Positions 44,280 to 59,499 of a DNA stretch of 64,000 nucleotides are shown piece by piece. Positions within the stretch are counted from its first letter, which is position 1. Each line of letters starts with the position of its first letter. A program made the position numbers and the translations under genes. The stretch is from the human T2T-CHM13v2.0 reference genome, Homo sapiens. The stretch lies in assembly GCF_009914755.1 (NCBI RefSeq), contig NC_060942.1; one strand, written 5' to 3'. The notes below the pieces were generated by a model, which was given only the letters and a program-made list of their open reading frames with translations, did not search any database and had not been told where the DNA came from.

Positions 44280-45081
44280 AATAACTCCTTTAAAAGTGTT
44301 TTTAAGGAATCATAAATAAAGCCATCACCTTAGGGCAAAAGGAGTCTGTTTCATTGGGCATTTTGAAAGGACTCCTCATTAAAATGTTGTGGTTTATTTC
44401 TTGAGAAATTCTACTGTCATTTCCCCCATTTTTCCCACTATTAAAAAACAGCTAAGTTGCTGCATCTTTGCAGTTTGCTTGAGTCTACTCTAATACGCCT
44501 CCCATAGCTCCGGGGCAGTGGTGAGCAGTGGAATGGAAGGAGGGAAAAGATCAAGATAACATTATTATGGAATAAGCGGTCCAAGTCCAAAATTTAAAGG
44601 AAGTGAGCGTCTGTGCTGGAAGATTACAATCTAACTTAGGAAGAAAAATAGTCTATCCTGGAGAGTTATATTAAGGTGACTATGGACTCATGTAAGCAGA
44701 CAGACCTCCAGAACCCACAATATGGCTTGTGATGGGTGCATGCACATTGTTAATTGCAGCAGGTCACCATTCCAAAGCTCTAAGGAAGAGGATTGTTGTT
44801 ATTCTAATCTAAACCTAGAAAATGGAGTCGCTTAGCATATATAGAAAAAGATTATTTTGCAGAGGTTAACAGAAACCATCTAAAAACATCAAAACTAGAA
44901 CTAACCCGGAAAAATTATTTTGTGTGGTTTGTACATGTGGCCAGTTTTACAAGAGCTACAGTTATGATATTCATGTGGTGGAACAGACTGTTTCCTTCAT
45001 TTCTTCTTCAACCATTTCTCTCATTCACCAAAGCACTGCTTGTGCCTTTTGCTACGTGCAGCCAGTGTGGGAGACACTCAC

Positions 45082-45292
45082 CCGAGGAGCCCAGTAAGAT
45101 GGTAACAACGACTTTCCCAGCAGTGGTGATCATGTTGCCAATGAACTCCTTGAGCTTAGAGGCCACAGAGGCAAGCCTGCGGAACATTTTTAACTTCGTG
45201 CTTTCTTCCAACTCGCCTTCAACACCATCTCCTCCATTGAAATCCTCTTCATAGATCAGTGCCTCTTCTGAATCAATTTTTTCTCCTTCAGC
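45082..45292 (-). CDS. PIEZO2: PIEZO2 coding exon (probably exon 6, 211 nt), acidic loop followed by a hydrophobic helix
   Basis: Translates AEGEKIDSEEALIYEEDFNGGDGVEGELEESTKLKMFRRLASVASKLKEFIGNMITTAGKVVVTILLGSS(G). Acceptor catttatttag|GCT, donor CGG|gtgagt; phase 0 start matches the previous exon. Confidence 0.96.
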
Positions 45293-46123
45293 CTAAATAA
45301 ATGACAAACAGGAAACACTCAAGTCCAGGAGCCTGCCTATCCAGCCAGCAGATTATAGAGCTTCTAATTCATGGGTCAGTCAACGTGGTGAATTTCACAG
45401 ATCAGGAAAAAAGGGAAGACAACCAGTTCATTCCCCTCAGGTCTCTGATAATCCCCGTATAAGCCCAAGTAACTCTGATCTTTCTGGAAGAAGTAAACAT
45501 AACAATTATAGGGTCCCTAATAACATGTCATATTCCCTATTTGTGCTTTTTTTTTTTAATAAGCAAAGAAGAAACTCTCTGAAACATCTATTAACAAGTT
45601 TAGTTTAGATCGATCTGGGTTTGGATCTTCAAATTTACAGAGTTGGCCACCAAGGTGATAAGAAGTTTGATAAAACTATCCACAGCTTCGACTGAAAGGT
45701 GAGTCCAATCAATGCTTAGGAAATTCTGGTTTTTTACTAAGTTTATCTTTGTTCACTATTTCCATATTTCCTGACTGTGGAAGGATGAGTGGTCCCGGGC
45801 TTCTCTTGGCTAAATATAGAGCTGCTTCCTGTCTCATCCTTTTAGAGAATGATACGCTGGTTCAAGCCTCGGCAGCTCAGCACCTAAGTGCTTTAAGCAG
45901 AGATTTAGGGAGTAAACACATGTACCAGAACATATGCATATTTCCATGTATTATTTTAAACTGGGTATGCTAAGGCATTTTTGCTTGTTCGTTTTGCGTT
46001 TAAAGAATAAATGGGAAAAATTCTTTGGCTAATTAGAATATTTCCCTAGAAGGGTTACGACTTTTTCTTTTTTCTTTCTTTCTTTCTTTCTTTCTTTTTT
46101 TTTTAAAGAAATCATAAATAAGT

Positions 46124-46474
<351 letters not shown>

Positions 46475-47029
46475 TTAAGGCAAAAGGAGTCTGTCTGAGA
46501 TGCATGAAACTTTGTGTGCATTTTTCTCTAGGCTGACAGACTTCATATCTTTAGTCTCACAAAGCTAAGAAGAATTGTTAAGCCCAGTTCAGGCATCTAT
46601 TTAAGACTTAAAGAGTAGGGTCTGGCCTCTCCATGTTCCCATTTTTAATGGTTCTTTTTTGATATATTTAGGTCAGATAGTTACATAATATTCACTGACG
46701 GTGTCTGACCTCTTACTATGACCAAGTTCACGGGAGGAAGGCAGGGACTGGAGTGCCAGTGCCAAGTTCTAGTTAAGCGTAAAGCGGCCTTCAGGACTCA
46801 GAGGCCTTTTGTGTGCCCAGAAGGGTGCACACAGTGGGTGACTGGAGTTGACTATTGATGAGCCAAGGCTACAGGATGCACCCAGCCAGCCCTCCACCCA
46901 CCTACACACACCCACAGGGATTTAATCCTGGGCCACTTCAACTTGACTTCTACTGTATTTCGTCATGACACATTTGTATATTTTTTTCTGAAGCAAGAGG
47001 AACATCTCATGCTCAATCAATAAGATTTT

Positions 47030-48330
47030 TCTACCCATACAGGGCCTAGTGTGTCCTAGCATATATAGGAAGAGATATAGCAATAAACACGTAAACAAGT
47101 AAAATATTAACCAGCTAAATATCTCACAGTAATGAATGCCCCCTTCAGGGAGGTCGAATAGGGTGATGTGGTAGTGATAAACTGGGTGGCTGTTTCCGAT
47201 TCAGAGGTCAAGGAAAGCCTCTCTGAGGAGGTGACATTTAAGCTAAGATCTGAATGTCACAAAGTTACCAGCCCTGTGAAAGTCCTGGCAAAGTGCATTG
47301 CGGGTGGAGGAAAGAGCTGGTCCAAGGCTTGGTGGCATGTGCAGAAAGAGGGTAAGTGTCCCCAGGCCCGTGGCCACTTCCGCTCCCCTAGAGAACAATT
47401 CCCATCTCATTCTCAGAGGATGACCTTGCTTTCTACTGCTCCCAGAGAGGAGCTGCCAGCTCCAGCCAGTACATCAGACCACTCACCTGCAGCTGGCCTG
47501 CCACGCACGCACTCTGCCCTCCTCCTGTAACAAGACAAGCTGCATATGCTCCAGCCATGATGACTGCATCCCATCTGCTCAGGACACCAGGGAGAGAACA
47601 GCCCAGCCATCCTGGCTCTCTCTCCTGCATCACAATGTGCTTTCTTTCTGCTGGATCACCCCTGTTAACAGGCAAGGGCGCCTTGCTGTCTCACCTTAAA
47701 GAAACACATCCTTTCAACCCACGTTTGTCTCTTAAGGTGAAACACTCCAGCAGAGTGGGCTGGACTCACCATTCCATTTAGAGTAAAAATGCTTCCCTAC
47801 CTAATTTCTCTTGAACCTACTCAAATCAGACTTTGATCTTCAACCACTCCGTCTAATGAGAGGCACACATGATTTGCTTTGCCACATAACTCTAGTTGCT
47901 CCTGGGGCGGAGCAGAGGGAGGCAGCAGCGGGGAGGTGGTGGCTGTGCTGGAGGAGAGGGGAGGGAGTGGTGGGGCTGAAGTGAAGATCCTGTCTTTGGA
48001 GTCTGTTTTGGAGGTTAGATTAGTAGGTGCAGCTAGGAAGTTTAAAGTGGGGAGGAAGGATAGATGATAATCAGGGTAGCTCCTCTATTTTTGTCTAGGG
48101 AGGACAGACAGGAGGGAGGCAGATTGGAGACGGAGAGTCCACATTTCTGTTTTGAAAATTCAGTTCTGAGACCCCATTCAGGCATTCTTCTTGGAGGTAT
48201 CCAGTAGGCAGCTATTATAGGAGTCTGGAGTGTTGGAGAGGGGCTGGAGCTGAAGAGGGCTTTTTGGAATTCGCCAGCATATGATGGTTTAAACGTCAGT
48301 AGCCTGTTGAGGTTACCTGGAGGGAATACA
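47030..48330 (-). mobile_element. L2 fragments (discontinuous)
   Basis: ggtcaaggaaagcctctctgaggaggtgacatttaagctaagatctgaa; ggaggtatccagtaggcagct...gagaggggctggagctgaaga. Confidence 0.65.
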
Positions 48331-49509
48331 GAGATGGCCCTCCTCGAGGTGCTGCTGCCCCTAAGACCACTCTGCCTTTCCAGATCTATGCCATCTCCTT
48401 GCCTGTCAGCATTCCTTGCAAGAAATGACTAGCAGAATCCATAATCCACAAGCTCTCTTTGCCTCTTTGCTGTGGGACAGGTTGTTCCCACCCCTTAGGA
48501 TGCCTTCTCCAGCTCCTAAGGCCCGGGTCCCAGGGCAGCTCTTCCATTCAGCTTACTCCATCTCCCCACAAAGAAATCCACCCACCAGAGCTATCGCCAG
48601 GACACCCACACCATCGTCAACACACAAATGACCTGCTCATCAGGCATCTGTTGCTTCTTTCCCCATCACAACAGGTGAGCAACACATTTAAAATCTCCCT
48701 CTAGGAAGGAAGTTTGGCCAAAACCTTTAGTCATTGCACTTGAAAAAGAAGCCAAAGAAAGAACACAGCAAGGGCCTCCTGGGTCACAGTCAGAAGCACA
48801 CTTGTGACTTTCATAATAAATGTGTTCTTGTTCAATTATAGAATTGCTACGGATGTAGATTAAATCAAATAGAAATCTCTGATCAAGATGTCTTTGTGAG
48901 GTTATACAAATGCATTTCCCTGACCTGTCTTAGGAAGGATTGGGCCTTTGTGATTTTTATAAACATACCACTGTACTTTAGGGTTTTCAGCATTTTTATA
49001 CAGAAATCCCTGGGGCTGTCGGTTGGAAATACTTTTTAAATTTGCCAAGCTGAGAGCCAAGAGCGAGACGGGTTAGACTCTGTGAGCCCCTACTGTCCTG
49101 GTAGGTCAGGGCCAGAACTGCCATTAGTCACGTCAGGCTGGCTTATTAACAGGCAGGCTTTTTCCCCCAAAGTGATTCTTCTGCTGATGTATAAACACTG
49201 AACCTCTGAAAGAGCATGGACTCACTCTCGCATGTTTACTAACAGGCAGTCTTGCTTGCTGGAGCTGTAAGCTGTCCCTGCAGCGGAACAGAACTTCAAT
49301 CTGGCCTTGAGGCTAAGGAGGAGGAAAGGCTGTAAATAAAGATTTAACTTCCCTGGTTCCTGAGTCATCTTAGAAACTGAAGACAAAATAAACTCTTTAC
49401 AGTTTAAAAAGTCAAATAAATGATTATACAGATTATTGACCATGTCAAAATCTAAAACTTATTTAAAGATATTTAAGTCCTTTATCTCACCTCTTTAAAA
49501 GTTTATGAT

Positions 49510-50320
<811 letters not shown>

Positions 50321-50719
50321 AATAATAGAATACTGGAAAACATAGATAAAAGTTGCTGATTTCAACATTTGATAACATGTATTAGTGTAAGATCTCTCAT
50401 TTCACATAAGGAAACTTTAGGTGCTATGGAATCAACTTTACACAAGGCCAGCCTGTTCTCTGTTAGGGCCCTGAATGAGGGCCTAAACACAAAGCTCTCA
50501 TCCCACAATGAGACGGGATCTAAACCTTTGCGTCTCTGCATCTCATCCCACAACATCCTCTCACCCTACAGCAGTACTGGTTCCATTAAGCCGTGGCATC
50601 CACCATGATTTCCACTCAATTTTGGACAAAGAAGACACAATAAATCACTTTTGGTAGGACACAAACATCCATGTTTCATTACTCCCAAGCACTCTAAAAA
50701 TCCAACTGGGTTGGAATAA

Positions 50720-50900
50720 ATCCTAAGGATCACCTGGGGACCTTTAAGAGGGCAGATGACCAGGCTCAACCTCAAACTTACTAAATCAGAAATTATGGGA
50801 ATGAATTCCAGGAAGCTGTATGATTAAAGTACTCTCTGGGGTGACCTGAAGCAGCCCCTCCAGAATTCAGGCCCTGGCCGACATTGGCAACCACTGATCA
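50720..50900. mobile_element. MER5-type fragment
   Basis: ggatcacctgggga...acttactaaatcagaa...ttggcaaccactga. Confidence 0.55.
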
Positions 50901-52799
50901 ATGAATTCTCCATAGGGGTTCAGCTGAATAGGCACAATTTGAAAATATATTTTTTTAATCATATCCTAGCAGACTCCCTTATTTGGAAAATAGATTGAAA
51001 TAAATTATCTCTGGAACCTCCTTTAGGTTTCAGTCGAGCTTTGGACCTCAGAGCAGAGCTTTTCATGCAGCTGAATCCATTTTTTTCTCTTCTTCATGGT
51101 TAAAACCAAGCTTTTAAAAACATTTCTATAGAAGTGTATCAAAGTCATGTATAATGAGCCAAAAGATCTGGGAGGCAAAAGGAGCATTTTTCTGAAGTGT
51201 CATCAATTGTTTATTCATTGTTTATTATTAAAAGTTAACAATTTATCTTAACAGAATGGGTTCATCTCAATACAAGAGCCAGAGGAAGGAAAAGACAAGG
51301 TTGTGACTCACTGCAGAAGATGAATTTCATCCCCAGGGTTCCCTTGTGAAAGGAAGCAGTGAGGGAAAAAAAGATAGATGTGTTTGAATGCTATTGTGTG
51401 TACCTTATGCAAGCCTAACGTGATCGCATTTAATGGATAAAGCAAATATTTTATTCTGTTGCTACATTTGTTTTGGGAAGATTATTCTTCCAAACTCCTA
51501 AGATCAGCTTAAGCAGTCCCTATTTCATTTGGAAAAGTGAGTGTATAGATGTTGCTTTCAACCACCATCTACAAAGCAATGAAAGTTTAATAAAGAACAG
51601 GGAAGGACAAACTGAATCAGCAGACAGTGGCCAGTTAGACCAATGCCTAAAGGATCTGTGGAGCTTTGAAAAAACTAGTCCAATTCCTACCACACGTACT
51701 CCCCTACCCCTAGGATTCTGACTTCATAGGTCTGGGAACTATTCTGACCCTGCACTTGAACTTTTTTAAAACTTCCCAGGTTAATTCACCTACTTAGAAT
51801 GGCAATAGTCTTTAAGAATCATCTGAACATCATTTGAAAGGGAAATGAACAATAATGGAGACTAGCCAAATACAATTGACTGTTTAAAGGCTTTTTTCTT
51901 TAAGATATTTTTGTAAAAATCACTTAATGGAACACCATCAAAACAAATCAGCAGTCACACACACACACCCCTATATCATCCACTCAGTTCACATTAGTTC
52001 CAGAGATTACTACTCATCCTGAACCACCTATTTTCTCTTGTAGGAACCAGCTAAGTGTAGCTGTTCTAAATGATTCACCCTGGTATTCACTCCAAAAATA
52101 AAAAATTTATACAGTGATGACAAAGGCAGCATTTTGAGGATGTACAATTCCTTCTTGGTGCTCAACAGTTTCCAGAAAGATTCAGAACCCATATAATTAC
52201 TTGTGATAGACTAAGATGCAAACAAAACTCACATCTTTGATATGAAGGTGTCAAAATATTGAGCAGAGAAGGTACTGTTTCAGAATCAACAGTATTCCTT
52301 CCTGTCTCCTCCATCTATCCCTCCCTCCACTCAGCACTTTTTTAACCAAGACTGGGCTCTGCTCCAAGCACAGTGCTAGGTCCAGGGTGGGATAACAAAT
52401 GAAAATCCACATGGGACCCCAGTGGTTTTCTGAGGGACCCCAGTAGTCACTCAGGGAAGATATAACTACTTATAAATTGAGAATATAAGGTCCTAAGGAC
52501 ATTGAGAGAAAAAAGAGATTACGTCTGACTAAAGGGATTTGGAATGACCTACTCTAGTTATTCCCAAGGTAAATGTGATTTTTTTAAAAAAGGACAAAAG
52601 TCTTGGCAAGCAAAGCAAGAAAACAAAAAATAGTTCTTGCTAAATATTAGTTTTTGTTTATCCTGGCACATAGTAGGCTCTCAGTAAAGATATACTGAAT
52701 AAATAAACATGCCCATAGATAAAAAAGCATCCTTCTCTGAAGCCCTAGCAAGAAATGGTCAATCAAGAGCAGTTCACCTACATATCAGTGTGCCCTGGC

Positions 52800-53145
52800 A
52801 AAGCCCCAGAAGGGCAAGAGTGGGGACAAGAGCATCCATGCAAGAGTGAACTACACAGCAGAGCTCAAGAAAGACAAGATGGAGAAGAACATCTGTGCAA
52901 GAATAAACTGAAGAGCGAATCCCGGAAGGACAAGAATGAGAAGAGCATCTGTGCAAGAGTGAAGTACACAGCACAGCCCCAGGAGGACAAGAGTGGGGAG
53001 AAGAGCATCCGTGCAAGAGTGAACTACATAGCAGAGCCCCAGAAAGACAAGAGTCGGGAGAAGAGCATCTGCACAAGAGCAAACTGTACAGCAGAGTCCA
53101 GAAGGACAAGAGTGAGGAGAAGACATCTACATGAGATTGAACAGC
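52800..53145. repeat. Degenerate minisatellite, about 57-60 bp x 6
   Basis: Unit approximately agaaggacaagagtggggagaagagcatctgtgcaagagtgaactacacagcagagcccc. Confidence 0.9.
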
Positions 53146-53720
53146 CTGGAAGAGACCCAGCAGGAAGAGAGCTTACCCTAGCCAAACACAGAGAGAAGGG
53201 CAGGGTGGCTACAGCACAGTGAGGGAGTGGGGCAAAAGCACAGGGTGAGGACATGAAGGCAGGATGTGGCCAAACCATGCAGAGTCATGAGCATCAAGGT
53301 CAAGAGACTGAATTTTATTCTAGGTTAATGGGAAACCAAAGAAGTGTTTTATCTAGGGAAGTGGCATAATTTAATTTTAATTATACAAGAATAATCCAGA
53401 TGCTGTGTGCAGCATCAATTGGATAGGGTAAGAAGGGAAGCTCAAGTGGGGAGATCCATTTAGAACATATTTTCAGGCCTTGCTGAGAGGCAGTGGCTGC
53501 TTGGTGAGGATTGTGGCAGTGAGTAGAGAAAAGTGGACTGATTTCAGACAGAATTTGAAGGTATAATTCAAAGGATTTGTTGGTGGTGACAGACAAAGGC
53601 CCCAAGAAATCCATGTCACATCAGTGTTTCTGGCTCAAGCAGCTGGGTAGATGGAGCTTCTATTAACCTTGATGGGTAAGTCAGTGGGAAGAAGGAGTGG
53701 AGGTAGGGGAAGGAGCTGTG
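53146..53720 (-). mobile_element. L2 fragment
   Basis: gaattttattctaggttaatgggaaacca...agtgtttctggctcaagcagctgggtagatggag. Confidence 0.7.
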
Positions 53721-54363
53721 TCTCCCGCTCCCAAACATATGACCAATATTTTCAAAGCAATATGGGGAACCTATTTACATTAAGTGGGTGGAAATTCTAT
53801 TTCAGGGGTATTTACAATTTAAAGGAGGAAAGTAGTACGAAGAAGTGACTGAGATTCCTTGAGTGATGCAGGTTCTCTGGAGTTGGGATGGATAGCATGA
53901 GGGGTGGGACTCTGGTTCCTTTCATCTCAGGCTCTACTCTACCCCCCAAGAAAGGAACACAGGGGCTCTGTAATTGCCTCACACAAGTTTCCCATGGGGT
54001 ATTTGTGGTTATTTGCAATTCAAATGCATGAAATCACCTATCAAATGCTGCAAAGACAGAACAACATATTCCAAGAAATTGTAAAAATATTGATCTAAAA
54101 AGATAGTTAAAGGTGAAAGGCGTTTTTGGAGCTTTGATTCTTTGAAAAAGGCAGAGAAGAGGTACATGCTGTTAAATGTTGCTAAATTAATTAAATGGGC
54201 GAAATAAAAATGAAGATTAATCTGTAATCATTTCGTTTAAATAGTTTAAAGATACTTTAGTTGATTTCCTCTTTGCGAATTATTTAAATCATTTTTATTA
54301 TGAGTTGTATACTCAAGTCCATGCTAGGCAATGTCCACTCAATGAACATATTGTCAATAATAA

Positions 54364-54668
<305 letters not shown>

Positions 54669-57417
54669 GCCTTTGTATGCAATGAAGGTGGCTCTCACTG
54701 ACTGTCCCAAGGGCCTGTTCCACAGGTGTGTTGGTATCAGAGGACAGGATGAGTGGGCATCCATGCTCTCACCTGGTGACCAGGGATGTGGCTGGAAGAC
54801 TCTGGGGGAATAAAGTCAGTCATGGACTCAAAGTTAACTAGTCTGTGATAAATACCAAAACTTTCCAGAAGACAATAAATAGATCCATGACTTCCTACAA
54901 TAAAAAATCGTCTCTTCTACTGAAACTAATGGCATCTAAAACTACTAGGAGTAAAACCTTTGTCCAAATTGTGAAAGTGTTTTCCCCAAGAAGGCAGACC
55001 AAGTGTCCGACATTTTGAGGTATGTATGACAGGAAGTTTTGCCCAGTTTCTGAAAGTGACCTTAAGGACCAGCAAAGGGAGTCGCCCACTTTACCCACTA
55101 AGAGTGGCAGTGACAGCCTTTAGCACAACAACAAAGAAGGCTTTCCACTCACACTAAGTCATGAAGTGCAAAGTTTGCAAGGCAACTGGGCAGCCGTTCA
55201 GCTTCTTACCATTCTGAATGGTTCCATGTTTCAAATGATCATGTCTGTGTACTTGAAGAAATGGGATCCAGGAAATTTAAAGCTGGAGACTTTAGACTAA
55301 ATCTCAGGCTAGAACTGAGCACATGTTGAAAGCCTAACTAGAAGACAACAAAATGATTGATTTCTCTCAGTCTTTGTCTCTTGCTCTTTAAAAAAAACAG
55401 CAACTTGAACCTCAGAGTTGAGACTTGAAGCACAGCCCATTTGGTCATGTCATGTGCTAGAATGCAGATGCTGTGACAGGCTAATAGACACTAGGAATTA
55501 GAAAGCAGGGTGCAAAATCTTTGAGGTCCAGAATAAATTTAGCAGGACTTAATATTGCATCCCTGAATTTTTAGCAGATGGGGATGACTTATAATAGAAT
55601 ATTCTTTTTATCCTTCATATTTGACTTGTCAGTCTATTAAGAAGCTGCCTCTTTACACAGACTAAGTCATAACTGCAAATCCTATTTGAATAAGCATTTG
55701 ATCTATCAGAATTTGGCTTAATAATACATTAAAATACTATCTAAAAAAAAGGCCTCAAATCTCATATAATAGCTAGAAAGAATTGTAAGCATAGGATTAT
55801 ATAAGATAATGTCAGTTTGGTGAAATGATATATTGTTTTATTATGTAAATAACTCTTTTCTACTCAATTTAATCTTCATAATACAACTCTTCTTATTTAA
55901 GATTTCAGATCAGGAAACTTTCTCCCAGTTATGACTGATTTGTAGATCTGCTTCTGAATTAAAATGAACAAATGAGCAAGACCACAGATGTGTCAGTTGA
56001 GAAAGAACCTTTGATGACATTTGAGGAGAAGGGTTTCCTTGCTGAAGTTGGCTGTCAGTAAAATGCAGGAGCAAGGCACAGGCTCCCACTGCACTGCCAT
56101 CTCCACTTCCACTGGGGGTTTTATGGGGAATCCTTGGATTTGTGAACACCTTTAAAACACCAAACTTGAGCCTTATCAAATCAGTGAAGATTACAGAAGA
56201 CCCAAGAGTCTTCCCCAGGGATTAGTTGCTGCTTTAAAACAACACCGCTTTTGAAAAGGAATTCTCACAGGCACCAGCAGATTAATCCTGCCATTTCTCC
56301 ACTGAGATAAATGAAAGAAGAAATAATGCCAGCAAACACTGTTCTTTCAGTATCCTTAAAAACCAAACATTCTAGAGTGCAAACTCCAAGATTTATAAGC
56401 AGCAGGAAATATGCTGTGGTGTCAAAAATAAAATAAATTCCCTGCTTATTTTGGCCAGGTACTTTTATTCCTCTCAGATTCAAGTCCAGATTGTCACATG
56501 GAAGCAATTTTTCCTTGTGAATTAATCTAAGAAGATTCACCCACCACCCTGTTCCTCCTGGGCTACCTGATGGGCTGGAACGTGACAAGAGAATAAAAAT
56601 CAATGATGTAAAATAGCCCCAAACAAATGTAACTGAGAAGGAAAATAATTCCATAATTATATTCAGTATTTTCAATGTCCCTAATAAATAATGTTTAGAG
56701 TATCTGTCCATCTTATTGTTATCTTTAAATAATGTGATTAATAATACATAAGGCTTACATATTCAAGCAAATTTCAAATGGAAGTGAAGTATCCTAAATC
56801 TATCTCTGAAAATTGAAATCAGGAAGAAAATGTGACTTTAGAATTAACCCATGTGACTGCATTGTGTTCTTTTCTTCATCAGATGAATGGCACCTCATCA
56901 TGACCTCACAGCCGTGGCTTTTTGTTGATCAATGTAGGCTTTCTTAGTCCTATGGCAAACAGCATTTGTCCTTGGTCATGTAAGTTATGTTTATAAGAAG
57001 CTTTGTAAATCATTCATGGTTATCTGTTATGAATGGCACAGAAGAGATTCTTTTACTGAGTGGGTTGGCCTCAAAATATCTTCCCATTTAAGTTTCAATA
57101 ATTCTAAGAGGAACATTGGAATTTGAAATTGCACTACTACCTCTCAAATTGGAGAAGGACAAAATGAGCAGAGCAAATAGCAATTTATCTAAGCAAGCAA
57201 AATGAGCAGGCACTGTGGCAGGTGCTTTTTATTAGAAATTTTATTTAGCATTCACAACTACTAGGTGATATAGTATTAGTGTCTCTCTTTTGTAGAAGAA
57301 GAAAGAGAAGCAACAATTGTCTCAGCATCACACACTAGGCGGCCTCCATGTCTGACTTCTAAGTCCACTCAATTTTCAATACTTATCCTTTCCCCTCCTT
57401 CTATAGTTACTATTTAT

Positions 57418-57573
57418 GAGGATAATAATGCATGCGGGGCTTGAAATCTGGATGACGGGTTGTTGGTTGCAGCAAACCACCATGGCACATATATACCTAT
57501 GTAACAAACCTGCACTTTCTGCGCACGAATCCCAGAACTTAAGTTAAAAAACAAACAAACAAACAAACAAAAA
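57418..57573 (+). mobile_element. Short L1PA 3' end with (aaac)n tail
   Basis: gcagcaaaccaccatggcacatatatacctatgtaacaaacctgcac...cccagaacttaa. Confidence 0.88.
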
Positions 57574-57971
57574 CTTGCTTTTATAAATCATAAAAATAAC
57601 AAATACCCAGTCTGAAGAATGTGAGTTACTGGTTTACTTTCCCCAAACTTAGGCAAATTTTGGTAAAGATTATTTAAATAAAGTCATTTTCAAACGGTAA
57701 ATGTAAAAAATAGTCAAAATTTAAATCCTCTGTCTTACAATTGGAATGTCAACAAGAAGAAGAAGCACTCTTCCGTTTTTAGGGCACTAATGCATGCCTT
57801 ATGGTGTCAAGTCTTGAAAGTAAGATGTAAGTGGTTAGTAGTGACTTTGACTTTACTATAATTACTGTTACACCAAGCATCATTTTAACATTTGCCTTAA
57901 AAATAGCAGAATATTGATAAGCAAGGTGATTGCATATCTTTTACCCATAAGAATTTTAGACAATGTATATA

Positions 57972-58258
57972 TTTTTTAAGACAGAGTCTCGCTCTGTCAC
58001 CCAGACTGGAGGGCAGTGGTGTGATCTCGGCTCACTGCAACCTCTACCTCCTGAGTTCAAGTGATTCTCCTGCCTCAGCTTCCTGAGTAGCTAGAATTAC
58101 AGGCAAGCACCATCACGCTCAGCTAATTTTTGTATTTTTAGTAGAGACAGGGTTTCACCATGTTGGCCAGGCTGGTCTCGAACTCATGACCTCAGGTGAT
58201 CTGCCCACCTGGGCCTCCCAAGGTGCTGGGATTACAGGTCTGAGCCACAGTGCCTGGC
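57972..58258 (-). mobile_element. AluSx-like SINE
   Basis: Reverse Alu; TSD tagacaat. Confidence 0.94.
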
Positions 58259-59336
58259 TAGACAATATCATTTCTAGTTTGCATAGGTTTATTGAATTCT
58301 ATCCCTCCTTTATTGTTTTTTAAATAAGCATACAAGGAAATTGTCTGCTTTCTTGTGAACCATATAAATCATTTTCCATAAGTGAGAATTTTCCTCCCTC
58401 AATGGCTCATTGGTTAACATTCTCAATATAAGTAACTTCAATTAACTTCAGTTTTATAAGTGTAATATCTTGCCAAAGCTTATGACTGAAAACATTTAGT
58501 ACTTGCAAGCGTTTTGCATCAAATGTCCAAATAAAATAGTCACTTTTTCCTTTATAAATGTTATCTTTCCACTAATAAATCAATTACTCTTTAAACTGAT
58601 GTCTCCTAACCTCACCTAACAAAGTACAGTTATTAGAACATAACAGTGTCCTGAGGCTGGTCAGGGGGCAGCGTGAGAGCCGTCTGACAGCTCTGATACC
58701 CAAGGACGAAAATAGGACAAGCTTCCAATTCAGCAGTTGCTCCTGAAACCTTTCAACCAGCTAGCAAACATACATCTCGTTCATTATTTTTACCTTTTTA
58801 AAATTCTCACACTTTTCCAAATATGTATGTTTTTCCCCCTTGGAGTGCTTTAAAACAACTTGATCAAAGCATGCCAAGTTAACACCAGTCCACTGAGCAG
58901 GACAAGGTGCACAGACTGGAAAGCTGCCCTGCAAGGAGGAACTCATTTTTTTCCCTAAAACTACCAGATGTTACTTCTTTAAATATTCTGCAATAACTAA
59001 GGTACCCAGACCAATTGAACCATAACACTATGTATGACCTTGCACGGTTAGCCTCCGAGATAATATCACGTGATAGTTTGGGGTGGTGGGTCAAAGCCTG
59101 GCCCTTACCTATGAACACCCCTGAGCCTGTCTTCTCATGGCTAAGGTGTGGACCAGAGTGTCTGCCCACCGGGACTGCACGAGGGTGTCATGCAATTTGA
59201 CAGTAAACGTTTATGTCAAGCACTGTGAATCATAACGTGCTCTGTATGCTCAGCTGTTATTATCATAGTTCTGCAACTTATTAAGGGTCAAGGTCCTCAG
59301 AAATCAAAGAAGGAAGAGACATGGAGTTGGATTTAC

Positions 59337-59499
59337 CAATTCTTCATTTTCAAACTCCGGGTTACTCTGTGCTGCTTCGTCTGTCACAGGTTTCTGAACA
59401 ATGTTTCTACAGAGGAGCCAGATGGTCAGACTAGCAATGAACATCCCGATGTCAGGTACAAACACTCTGATCCCATTGCCAGCATCAGCTCCCTTTAAG
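59337..59499 (-). CDS. PIEZO2: PIEZO2 coding exon (probably exon 5, 163 nt), N-terminal blade transmembrane region
   Basis: Translates (S)LKGADAGNGIRVFVPDIGMFIASLTIWLLCRNIVQKPVTDEAAQSNPEFENEEL, recognised as PIEZO2. Acceptor ttgtttttcctttatag|C, donor TTG|gtaaat; starts phase 2, ends phase 0. Confidence 0.96.

Noticed and set aside
45008-45081. Open-frame extension of the 211-nt exon past its donor
   Set aside because: A strong gtgagt donor lies at 45081; the extension is an intron read-through artefact of ORF calling
52800-53145. Repeat array superficially like a CRISPR array
   Set aside because: Eukaryotic DNA; degenerate head-to-tail units with no unique spacers and no cas genes
55095-55112. 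Second CTCF-like string ccactaagagtggcag
   Set aside because: Extra bases break the spacing of the core motif
56265-56711. 148-aa hydrophobic minus-strand ORF in the PIEZO2 sense direction
   Set aside because: Not PIEZO-like; the flanking exons already join in frame (EEL|AEG) and there is no convincing splice-site pair
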